The notes under the pieces were generated by a model, which had not been told where the DNA came from, did not search any database, and was given only the letters and a program-made list of their open reading frames with translations. Shown piece after piece: positions 19,537-29,239 of a stretch of DNA of 64,000 nt. The DNA comes from a virus. Within the stretch, counting starts at the first letter, position 1. Each line of letters starts with the position of its first letter. Both the position numbers and the translations under genes were made by a program. Where the stretch lies: positions 130,857 to 194,856 of the IMG/VR virus record IMGVR_UViG_3300047476_000704; one strand, given 5' to 3'.

Positions 19537-20166
19537 TTATTCAGGTGTTACATAGGTTACTGTAACTGGAATTGTTACCGAACCACCTGTCTCATTTCCA
19601 AATATTGTTATTGTTGTTGAGATTGTAGATGTCAATGAGCTATTTGGTATGAAAGAAAAAGTTAAACCTTTAGCAACTTCAGCGGTTGTTGTTATATTAG
19701 AACCCAAGAAAGTTGTTGTAGTTGTATTTGCACTTGTCAAACCTTCACCAATAATAGAACCTGCGTTTTTGTTTGCCAAAATTGCCGTATAACCAGCGTT
19801 TTTGTTTCCAGCAGGAGATGTAGTTGGTGTGATTGGGAATTGTCCCGATGTTGTTTTAGCAGCTACCGTAGTAACATTCAATGAAACTTGTGGGATTTTT
19901 GTAGTATTCTTTGGTAATGTAACCAATTTATACTTCAATACTTGAGTTTCATCTGGAGATGCTTCTAAAATTGGAGTAGCTTTGATTGATGCATCATAAT
20001 AAGCAGAACCCTTTGGGTGAGCCGCATCATATAATGCGTAATCAATTTCATCATCACCCAAAGCAAATTGTGTAATGTTTAATGATTGTCCCGATGCTAA
20101 TTTTTCTCTTCCTTTTTTTGTAAGAATAGCATCAACAGTAATTGTAGTATTATCTAAATATCCCAT
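19537..20166 (-). CDS. virion structural protein resembling the N-half of a tail-collar-fibre domain
   Basis: AILTKKGREKLASG..ITQFALGDDEIDY. Confidence 0.6.
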   Translation of the reverse strand: MGYLDNTTITVDAILTKKGREKLASGQSLNITQFALGDDEIDYALYDAAHPKGSAYYDASIKATPILEASPDETQVLKYKLVTLPKNTTKIPQVSLNVTTVAAKTTSGQFPITPTTSPAGNKNAGYTAILANKNAGSIIGEGLTSANTTTTTFLGSNITTTAEVAKGLTFSFIPNSSLTSTISTTITIFGNETGGSVTIPVTVTYVTPE

Positions 20167-20229
20167 ATTTGTATTTTATATCATTAATAAATATATAATA
20201 TATAATTTTTTAATTTTTTTTCAACTTTA

Positions 20230-23200
20230 TTAATCAACAACCAATATCGGTTCATTGTTAGGTCTTCCATTTTCATTAACACGTAGGATAGTAGGATTAG
20301 ATACGAACTCCTCAACTGCCTCTCTACCATCAATAGTAGTTGCGGTTGTTTGTTTAGAACCTTTGAAGAATGTGTTTTCCAAACCTATACTTCTATCTTT
20401 ATTATATATATAGTGAGATTTTAAATATCCACTCGCGGTTGTGATAGAAACTATATTTAAATCACTAGCCAATGAGGAAGTTTGTGAACTCTCTTGCAAT
20501 ATTAGTTCTTGCTTATAAACATCGGTTAGTATATCTTCATAGATTGAACCCGAAATTCCACTCACATTCATAGGTATTATCAAATCACTTCTGCGAGTAA
20601 CAATAAATCCTCTGACTTTTTTTGATTTATATGTTCCATCATAATCTTCGTAATTCAATCTAGCCCACCCATTATCAAAATAAGTATTGTAGCCAACATC
20701 ACTATATAATTCACCAACATTTACAACTGTGCTACCGAATAAGTCAAATTCGGCCGTTAAACTAGCAGAAATTATTCTGGTATCAATTGATGCGGTTTGA
20801 TTGGTTTCTAAAAAATTATCAGTAGATACTAATTCGTTTACATCAAAATCTACAATTGTACCTTCATAACTATTATTTTCAACTAACAATTCGTTTGATG
20901 TTTCTAAATTAACAGATGCAGTATAGTTGTTAAACTCACCAACCAATATAGTAGATGATGTCAAGTTTAACTGTGTATCATATATACTAACATCACCCCC
21001 TATCAAAGTAGTATCCATTGTATTTACAGATACATCACTTAAAGTAACATCTTCTGCGATTGGTTTATGTACTTTATGCTTACTTCTTTCTAATAAGTGA
21101 GGTGCTATTAATAAACCAGTTGTTGCTTTAACCCTTGCAGGTAACATTTCTTTAAGGTTTGCAAATAACGATTTATCGTAAAGACGAATTAAGTTTATAA
21201 ATTGATAAATATCTCTTTCACCAATTCTTTCAAAATAGTAGTTTCTTAAATTTGTTAAATCTTTATAAGTATCTTGATACTGGTCATCGTATGCACCAAT
21301 ATACTCATCTATACCAACTCCACCAAACGATTTTGCTATATCTAAATCTAAATCTTTATTTGGAGAAAAGAATAATCCTAATCTATTACTATCACGTTTT
21401 GAGGTTTCGTAAGCCTTTTTAGTTGAACGAGATTTGTAAGATAAATCGCTTATTAAAGTTTGGTCTTCAAATCTTACCTTATTAGAACTATAACGAGATG
21501 CACCTGAATTTGGAACTTGTAAACTAACTGTCCTATCTATAATTTCATATTGATACGGATATGATGTTGTATTTATAAATCCGCTTGCACTCACATATGT
21601 TTGATATGTATTATTTGGAGCCACATTCTTAACAGACGCAGTTGTATATAAATTTTTAGGATATTCAAAATCTAAACGAACTTGTAAATCTTTTGTGGAT
21701 GATGATATGTGATTACCATTTATAGCTTCAGGATGTAAAACATGCAAATCAAACGCACTTTCACTCAATGCGGTATTCCACATACGGAACTCATCTATTT
21801 CACCAACATAAGTTCCACCAATTTGAATGGTTGAACCAGTATTCCAAATTGCATTATCTACAATATGGTTAAAAGAACCTTGCTTTATAATTCTATCTTT
21901 TTCACCATTTTTAAAATAGAATGTAAATGTAGATGATGTACCTTGTGTTTCATTATTCAATAATATACTATGATAATTTCCATCATAGAATTGATATTGA
22001 TTGGTTACAATTGTTTCCAATCCACTAGATGATGATACAGCTAATTCTAAACTACCAGATGTTTGAGATGCGTGATTACCTGGCACCAATGATAATGTAA
22101 ATGAATTAGCTTTAAGTAAAGTCATTCCACTACCAGAGTACGCTGGTTTGATTCTTAACTCGATTGCATTCGAACCACTCCACTTTGAAGTTAAATAAGA
22201 ACCACTTGTAAAATTTAAATTTGATGTTTGCGTATCATAAATATATTTAGTGGATTCCAACGCATCATCCATATCGGGTCCACCAAATTCTACAACCGAT
22301 AGATTTGAATTTGGAATACCATAACAATTTAATAATGCCGATATACCACGCCTAGTACCTTTATGTTTTAATAAATAAGGTAAGTTGTTAGCTATTCTTC
22401 TCCAAACTGATTTTGTTCTTTGTTGTGGTGTTAATTCCTGTTGCGAATTACCATCTGCATCTGTACCAAATAAGTAACTCCAAAGTTGCGTATTTGAATT
22501 TAGATTTTTAGCATTCCACCCAAATGATTTTAGATAATCATATAAGAAATCATCGTGAATACCATAATCATTTCTTTCCGTAATGTTTTTTGTATCTACA
22601 ATTCCTTTAATATACGCCCATATTATGTCAAAATGATGACCAATCATATCCAAAAATAAAGGATATTCTGTGGTTGTGCAATTAACATCATCTAAAATGT
22701 ATAATGGTATATTGTTTTTTAATGCATTACGATTAGATGCGTCATATTGTTGAGCAATTACTAGTTCGGAATTAAACCAAGTTGTTGTACTACCAGAACC
22801 AGTTGCAGCATATTGAAAATTATAATTACCATTTGAATCAAACGAACCAGTTGTGAATCTTCGTGCAAATCCATTTACATCTTTTGGAAAAGTAGATTTT
22901 GATGATGATACTAAATAATTTTCCCATGCATCAAGTGCATTTAATAAATTTACCTTTTTAGTTTCAGTTGAAGTTATTTCATTAATAGCATTAACCGAAC
23001 CCGTTAGTGGAAGTAATTGTAAAATTTTATCATCATAAAATTCCAATAATTCTTTTTTATACTTAAAGTTAGCTAATCTTTCAACTGCTGAGCTATATTT
23101 TATAAAGTTGGAATAGTTGGAATAATCTATATTTACTTTATCTACTTCTAGGAAATTATCATATAAATATTTATCTACAATTTGCTGCGAAGTAACCGAA

Positions 23201-25431
23201 CCCGTTAGTATTAAGTTATCCAATGATTCAAATGATGTAGATTGTTCTTTTACAAAATCAACATCAATATCAAAATTAGGCCCACGTAAATAAGTAAGAG
23301 GTTGCGAACTTTCGCCTGTTAGGGTTATTGTTCTTACAATAGGTAAGGACATAATCTCACTAATCCAAAGCGTATCATTTTTATTGATATTTGTTGGTAG
23401 TGGTTCATATAGTTTTAAAACTATACTTCTATTTATATTAATTGGTATTTGATTACCTAATTCATCTATTCTAAAATTTGTGAATGTAGCTTCATCTGTT
23501 TCCCAATTTGATATTACAATTTGTTTATCATTTTTATCAAATTCAGAAATATGATTTAAGTACCTAGGTCTATCTTGTAAATTAAAATCTATATTTTCTG
23601 CTATTGCATTAAATAAATCTTCTTTTAATTTATCTGTTGAAATATATAAAGCGGGCTCTGTTACTGATATTGTAATTTTAGTTTCATCACCACGAATAGC
23701 TTCCATTACGGATTGACCATTCACATTACTTTCATCATACGGAACAAATATAAAATCCATCTTTGATGATGAATTTAACGCTCCCTTTCTTTTTAAATCA
23801 TTAAAGTTAAAGTTTAAAGTATCAGCTTTACTATATTTACCAATTATATTTTTATCTTCTTCCGATGTATGATATACAATTACATAATCCGCCGTATCTG
23901 AACGATACGATACTCTGAATGGATATTCACCCAAAGTATAGGTTGGTATCGTTATAGAATCTGGAAAATCTATTTCATTTATTAAAGGTACATCATACCC
24001 TTCACTTAAATTTATAGTAGTATAGCCAGGATTTGGTGTATCACCGAATGCACCATTAGTTGATACAAATACAACTTTAAACGAACCAATGTTATTTTGG
24101 AAATCGGCTTTTAAGTCTAATGTAATTACTTTATTTTCGTATGTAGTACCAGCGGTAGCACCAACTACCCTTTGCCCAAATGGCGTTTTAACAATAACAC
24201 CTTCTGCATTTCTTATAGCAATTGGTACTTGTATTTCTTGCGTTTTATATTTAGAACGCAATGCTGTTCCCGAAATTTTATAATTATGTACACTATCAAT
24301 TTGAACACCAGCTATTTTATTTTGGCTTGGTTTTAAATCAACAAATACATCTATATTACGAATTAGTTTGTTAGTTGGAATAGTCAATTTACCATCACGA
24401 AAACCTTCGTTAGTGTAAGTGTTATCACCTGAATAACTCCACCGTAATTCCACCAAATCATAATTACCTGTATTTGATACGGAAATAATTACATCACGCA
24501 ACGCTCGGTTATCACTTGTAATAACGGCTGCATCTGTCGGTTTAATCATCATTGTAGATGGTAAATCCGGACTTTGAACCATTATATTAAATGGTGATTG
24601 CGCATAATTCGTTAAAAATCCAATTTCTTGCCTTACAGTATATGTAGTACCACCTACGATAGTTCTTTCTAATGTTTTTGTACTTGGTTTGCTATTAGAT
24701 ACATTTAATGCTTCATATCTATAATTTAAAGTAAGAGTCGCTGGTGTTTTATCAAAAAATATTGGTTCTTTCGGTGTACTACCTTCGATTTCACTTAAAA
24801 CCAAACCATCACCATTTTTACCAATTATAAATCTATTTAAAACGGTGTATTTATTTGTATCATAATTTGGATAAATTATTGTAGTATCATTAAATTTATT
24901 CAAATCAAATTGAGTGGTACTACCTTCATCTACTTTTTGACCATTTATAGTATAATTTGTAGTTCCCTTTGATACTGAATTATTTATTACTTTTACATTG
25001 ATGGTTTTAACTGGTGCAATGATTGGATTATTTACAGTTTTACCAGTGTTGTTGTCTAAATATTCTATATTAGTAACATCACGCATTAAATTATCAATAG
25101 CTTTTTGCGATGATAAATCTTGCGTAGGATTAGTTGTTGATATAACTGTTTGAGAACCATCATCTTTTGTTAGAGTGATACCACCTTGTATTGGTCCTAT
25201 TGTATCGCTACCTAACATAGTTAGTGGATTTATATTACCAATGTTTGCAGCTATTCCAGCTTGTAAAGCAGCTTGTCCTTCTGCTGTATTTATACCACCA
25301 GGCGCATTGAATGATGTAATTGCCGCATTTAGTGCGTTTATATCAATTGTAATACCCTGTAATGCCTCAAATGTATCGTAGGGTATTCCTAATCTATCTG
25401 CTTCCGCTTTTTGCTCTGGTGTTAAAGGCAT
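20230..25431 (-). CDS. large baseplate wedge-like structural protein with LamG/concanavalin-like segment
   Basis: FLDMIGHHFD..LYDYLKSFGW..RRIANNLPYLLKHKGT..ISALLNCYG (P2 gpI/T4 gp7-like); YVGEIDEFRMWNTALS (LamG-like). Confidence 0.65.
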   Translation of the reverse strand: MPLTPEQKAEADRLGIPYDTFEALQGITIDINALNAAITSFNAPGGINTAEGQAALQAGIAANIGNINPLTMLGSDTIGPIQGGITLTKDDGSQTVISTTNPTQDLSSQKAIDNLMRDVTNIEYLDNNTGKTVNNPIIAPVKTINVKVINNSVSKGTTNYTINGQKVDEGSTTQFDLNKFNDTTIIYPNYDTNKYTVLNRFIIGKNGDGLVLSEIEGSTPKEPIFFDKTPATLTLNYRYEALNVSNSKPSTKTLERTIVGGTTYTVRQEIGFLTNYAQSPFNIMVQSPDLPSTMMIKPTDAAVITSDNRALRDVIISVSNTGNYDLVELRWSYSGDNTYTNEGFRDGKLTIPTNKLIRNIDVFVDLKPSQNKIAGVQIDSVHNYKISGTALRSKYKTQEIQVPIAIRNAEGVIVKTPFGQRVVGATAGTTYENKVITLDLKADFQNNIGSFKVVFVSTNGAFGDTPNPGYTTINLSEGYDVPLINEIDFPDSITIPTYTLGEYPFRVSYRSDTADYVIVYHTSEEDKNIIGKYSKADTLNFNFNDLKRKGALNSSSKMDFIFVPYDESNVNGQSVMEAIRGDETKITISVTEPALYISTDKLKEDLFNAIAENIDFNLQDRPRYLNHISEFDKNDKQIVISNWETDEATFTNFRIDELGNQIPININRSIVLKLYEPLPTNINKNDTLWISEIMSLPIVRTITLTGESSQPLTYLRGPNFDIDVDFVKEQSTSFESLDNLILTGSVTSQQIVDKYLYDNFLEVDKVNIDYSNYSNFIKYSSAVERLANFKYKKELLEFYDDKILQLLPLTGSVNAINEITSTETKKVNLLNALDAWENYLVSSSKSTFPKDVNGFARRFTTGSFDSNGNYNFQYAATGSGSTTTWFNSELVIAQQYDASNRNALKNNIPLYILDDVNCTTTEYPLFLDMIGHHFDIIWAYIKGIVDTKNITERNDYGIHDDFLYDYLKSFGWNAKNLNSNTQLWSYLFGTDADGNSQQELTPQQRTKSVWRRIANNLPYLLKHKGTRRGISALLNCYGIPNSNLSVVEFGGPDMDDALESTKYIYDTQTSNLNFTSGSYLTSKWSGSNAIELRIKPAYSGSGMTLLKANSFTLSLVPGNHASQTSGSLELAVSSSSGLETIVTNQYQFYDGNYHSILLNNETQGTSSTFTFYFKNGEKDRIIKQGSFNHIVDNAIWNTGSTIQIGGTYVGEIDEFRMWNTALSESAFDLHVLHPEAINGNHISSSTKDLQVRLDFEYPKNLYTTASVKNVAPNNTYQTYVSASGFINTTSYPYQYEIIDRTVSLQVPNSGASRYSSNKVRFEDQTLISDLSYKSRSTKKAYETSKRDSNRLGLFFSPNKDLDLDIAKSFGGVGIDEYIGAYDDQYQDTYKDLTNLRNYYFERIGERDIYQFINLIRLYDKSLFANLKEMLPARVKATTGLLIAPHLLERSKHKVHKPIAEDVTLSDVSVNTMDTTLIGGDVSIYDTQLNLTSSTILVGEFNNYTASVNLETSNELLVENNSYEGTIVDFDVNELVSTDNFLETNQTASIDTRIISASLTAEFDLFGSTVVNVGELYSDVGYNTYFDNGWARLNYEDYDGTYKSKKVRGFIVTRRSDLIIPMNVSGISGSIYEDILTDVYKQELILQESSQTSSLASDLNIVSITTASGYLKSHYIYNKDRSIGLENTFFKGSKQTTATTIDGREAVEEFVSNPTILRVNENGRPNNEPILVVD

Positions 25432-25485
25432 TTTATATTATTTCTTTACTATAATTATTACTTTTTAGGATTTTGAGTTTATATC

Positions 25486-27105
25486 CTATACGAAGCTATC
25501 TACCGATGTATCGGATAAATTATTTGTTCTACCACCTTCACCGCCACCACCACCGGCTCCACCACCACCAGTAGTGGTTGTACTATTATTTGGAGCCGCT
25601 GCTCTTGTAGGTACGGTTATTACTTCTCCACCACCACATCCGGCTCTTTTAATCTTTGTAACATTACCAATTGCAGTACCTTCGTTTGCACAAACAATTC
25701 TGTTTGCCCTAGCAGGAACTACAATAGTCAATCTTGTTGCATTAGGACCAACATTATATGATACGGTTTGTTCGGAATCTGTTTCGTTATCCAATGTATA
25801 ATAGAATTGTAATGGTGATATAGAGGTAGATGTACCCTGTGGTATTACAGGTTCTAATGGAATAATTGGAGGACCAATTGGTACACCAGGAGTAAATCCA
25901 TAGTTGCTTGTTTCAAATCCAGCAGATGGTTTAGCTGCTGCCCCTGGAATCACATCAGAAACCTTAACAGTACCAGCCGGCTCTTGATATGTGATGGGTG
26001 GCGTATATGGTTGCTGTGGCGGCAGTTTAATCTCTTCATAAATAACTCTATCTTTCTGCGTTGTTGTAGTTTTATTTGTTTGGTTAGGATTTACGCCAGT
26101 TACATCTTGAATAGATTGTAATTTAGTGACCGAATTATATCCAGTATCTAATAAAGATTTTAAAATAGCAGATGGTTGGTACTGTCCGGCTACTGCTTTA
26201 AATGCCAATGAGTATTCTCTTTTTGGTAAATTTTGAATACTAAATTCAACACATTCTCTTAATCTATTGATAAGAACAGTTGTAAATTCCGCATTTGATA
26301 TAAATTCATCAAAATCAAATGGTGCCCTAACTACTTGTCCATAATTTGGAGCACCCAATTTAAACTCTCTTCCATTTATTTCGTGCATTACAGATTCTCT
26401 AAAATTTCTATATGCCTTATTTTTAAATGCAATGTATCCGTCTTCGCCACCAAATAAAAAATCTTTATTTATAACTTTAATGTATTCTTCGCCAAATGAT
26501 TTAACAAAGTAATCATCAATAGTTGTGGATATGGTTAATTCTGCCTTATCTAAAAATTTTTCTATTTTCTTATATGAATATCTAAATTCGGATACATTAT
26601 CTATAAATGAATCGTATCTATCTTGTAATTTGGCATTTACTGCTAAATCAGTACCCAATAATGGTAAAACACGAATTTCAGTACGGGATGGTGATACCTC
26701 ATGAATCCAAACTCTGTGTTGTTTATTTTCATTTCCTACATAATTTTTAAGAAAACTAAAACTTACCCTAAACTCACCATTTGCATAACCAGCTTCAAAC
26801 ACTAATTTTTCAACATCAATTTCAAATATTTTTTCACCAGTTGTAGTATCTAGTGAATTTTTTAAGTAATTCGATAACTCATCTTTATGTATATATCTAA
26901 CTTTGATACCATTAGACTGTTCTAATAAATTATTAGATATATCATATAAACGAAACTCTATGACATCATTTTTGGATAGTCCAAAATCTTCTACATTTTT
27001 AGCAGATGTTTTGAATATATTTAAATCAGTTGGATTAATTAGTTGTGCAGTTTGCTCTAATTCCTGATTTATTTTTTCAATATTTTTAAAATCGTTTATA
27101 GCCAT
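25486..27105 (-). CDS. probable virion structural protein with Pro/Gly-rich C-terminus
   Basis: In baseplate cluster; WIHEVSPSRTEIR; low-complexity tail. Confidence 0.5.
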   Translation of the reverse strand: MAINDFKNIEKINQELEQTAQLINPTDLNIFKTSAKNVEDFGLSKNDVIEFRLYDISNNLLEQSNGIKVRYIHKDELSNYLKNSLDTTTGEKIFEIDVEKLVFEAGYANGEFRVSFSFLKNYVGNENKQHRVWIHEVSPSRTEIRVLPLLGTDLAVNAKLQDRYDSFIDNVSEFRYSYKKIEKFLDKAELTISTTIDDYFVKSFGEEYIKVINKDFLFGGEDGYIAFKNKAYRNFRESVMHEINGREFKLGAPNYGQVVRAPFDFDEFISNAEFTTVLINRLRECVEFSIQNLPKREYSLAFKAVAGQYQPSAILKSLLDTGYNSVTKLQSIQDVTGVNPNQTNKTTTTQKDRVIYEEIKLPPQQPYTPPITYQEPAGTVKVSDVIPGAAAKPSAGFETSNYGFTPGVPIGPPIIPLEPVIPQGTSTSISPLQFYYTLDNETDSEQTVSYNVGPNATRLTIVVPARANRIVCANEGTAIGNVTKIKRAGCGGGEVITVPTRAAAPNNSTTTTGGGGAGGGGGEGGRTNNLSDTSVDSFV

Positions 27106-28130
27106 TATCTGTTGTTCATTCTACTATCAAATGTTGTTTCTTGTACTGTACCATCCGATGCGGTTGCTTTCATTCTTATTTTGAAATCATACTTTGTTGC
27201 CGCTGTTTTTGCACCACCTAATCCACCTTCGTATCCACCATTACCACTACTTCTTACAGCTGGATTTCTTAAATTTATCGTTTTAACTTGATTTGCTTTT
27301 AATACAACGGGATTTTCTGTCCATTGATATAAATTAGGACCTTCAAAGTTACCATCATCACTAATTTGAATTGTAACATCCTTCGCTCCTGCTGATATTT
27401 TTAATTCACCGGTTCCAAACGCTATGTTTGTTGAATAACTATTACCACTACCCTTAACTCTATTTATTTCTACCAAACCAAATCCACCTGATTTTGAATT
27501 TTGTGGAGCAACTACTGCTAAATTACCTAAAAGTTTAGCACCTGCCTCCGACTTTATTTGGTTTAAGTTAGAAGTTGCTTCTTGTGTTTTAGCTACTGAT
27601 TGTTGTGCAGCTGCAACTAAATTATTTAAAGTATCAATTTGCTTTAATAATGCTGTTTTTTGAGCAATCAAACCAGCATTCTCTGCTTCTAATCCGGTTC
27701 TTTCTGCATTTTCAGAAATTGCCTTTTGTAGTGCAGTAGATACATTAGTTCTCAATTCACTTACGATTGTATTGTTTGCTTCTAATTTATTTTCTAAATT
27801 TGCGTTTTGTAATTTAAGAAAATCATTTGAAATATACAAAGAACCACTATCAGCTGTTTTTTGTTGTAATTGGTCTGATAAGTCTGCTATTTGAGTATTT
27901 AATTCTAAAATTTGAGCATTTAATTCGGCATTTAAATCTACCTCCGCTTGATATATTGGACGAGGTACTAAATCTAAATTTGGAGTTGGTAGGGGTTTTA
28001 TTAACTCCGTAACTCTTGTATCAATAGATTTTTCAACCTGCCCAGCATTCAATGTATCACTATATAATTTAGTAGATATTGTCTCTGACAGGTTATTCGT
28101 ATAATTTATATTTTCTCTTTCTATTGCCAT
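27105..28130 (-). CDS. coiled-coil virion protein
   Basis: Long heptad-rich segment; 1-nt overlaps with neighbours. Confidence 0.5.
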   Translation of the reverse strand: MAIERENINYTNNLSETISTKLYSDTLNAGQVEKSIDTRVTELIKPLPTPNLDLVPRPIYQAEVDLNAELNAQILELNTQIADLSDQLQQKTADSGSLYISNDFLKLQNANLENKLEANNTIVSELRTNVSTALQKAISENAERTGLEAENAGLIAQKTALLKQIDTLNNLVAAAQQSVAKTQEATSNLNQIKSEAGAKLLGNLAVVAPQNSKSGGFGLVEINRVKGSGNSYSTNIAFGTGELKISAGAKDVTIQISDDGNFEGPNLYQWTENPVVLKANQVKTINLRNPAVRSSGNGGYEGGLGGAKTAATKYDFKIRMKATASDGTVQETTFDSRMNNR

Positions 28131-29239
28131 TATTTGATTATTTCAAAATCACCTAATTCAAATTCTTCTTCGTTGTAATCTTCAATTGTTTTTACTACCA
28201 ATGTATAAACTCTACCATACGCAAAGTTTGTAAAGTTCAATCTAATTAAATTACTATCAGTTCCCATAATTACTTTTGAATTTACATCATAAGGAACAAT
28301 AGTTTCTTTTGTAATTGTATCTTTAATTGTGTAATAGCTTTCCGTTGGTAATTTATATCCAGTTTGATATTCAAATGTTGGATAAACATTTCCAGATGTT
28401 ATTGGGTTAAATTGTTTAACTGGATATAATTCTCTTGCTAATAACTTAATGGTTACTTTTTGATTTACTTTATATTGGTTCTTCAAATTAGATGAATATA
28501 CTCTATATTGTCTATTACCAACTGCCGCTAAACTACCAGTAGATATGTTACTTTCTTGCCAACTAATTCTTAACTTTGGTTGGTATATAGTGTTGGTTTC
28601 TTTTGAAAAAAACTTAACACTACCATAATCAACTCTATCTTCTTCTGCTTCTGAATTATATTTAATAATTAACCCATTATTATCATAACTACCACTTAAC
28701 CAAGTATGTATTTGGTTTGTTAAATCAAAAGTTACATCATCTAAAACATATGAGTATGTGTTTGAATCAATAGAAGATGTGTACCAAGTACCACCATATC
28801 CAGTCCAAGAACCAGTGGTACCTGCGCTGAATGATGCGGTGATACCAACAATATCATCGTTCCATATAGAGGTTGTATCATCTCCATTACGATAAATCCA
28901 AGTTACACCATTTGTAGATATTTTATCAAAACGAGTACCAGTTCCATTCTCCCAACTTTGTGATATTGGATATGCTTCTAATGTTATAGTTGCAGGTATC
29001 TCATTTGCTTCTGCTAACTTCAATTCTAACGATGCGGTAAAAGAGCCGGATGGTATCTCACCACTTGCTATACTACGAGATATAGCAGTCAAATCGAATT
29101 TGATTAGAGTACGAGCAACATCCTTTGTATCACCATAATATTGTTTTGATACTTCTAATATCTCATCAATACCGGTGTTTTGATACGGTTGTTGTAAATA
29201 AATACTTGCATCAAATGATGCGGTGTAAAATAAGTTCAT
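28130..29239 (-). CDS. DNRLRE/CBM96-like domain virion protein
   Basis: RTLIKFDL..ASLEL..YPISQSWENG..FDLTNQIHTW..NNGLIIK..FFSKE..PKLRISW. Confidence 0.6.
   Translation of the reverse strand: MNLFYTASFDASIYLQQPYQNTGIDEILEVSKQYYGDTKDVARTLIKFDLTAISRSIASGEIPSGSFTASLELKLAEANEIPATITLEAYPISQSWENGTGTRFDKISTNGVTWIYRNGDDTTSIWNDDIVGITASFSAGTTGSWTGYGGTWYTSSIDSNTYSYVLDDVTFDLTNQIHTWLSGSYDNNGLIIKYNSEAEEDRVDYGSVKFFSKETNTIYQPKLRISWQESNISTGSLAAVGNRQYRVYSSNLKNQYKVNQKVTIKLLARELYPVKQFNPITSGNVYPTFEYQTGYKLPTESYYTIKDTITKETIVPYDVNSKVIMGTDSNLIRLNFTNFAYGRVYTLVVKTIEDYNEEEFELGDFEIIK

Noticed and set aside
25530-25580. GC-rich ccacc repeats
   Set aside because: Explained by the poly-Gly tract at the C-terminus of the 539-aa ORF
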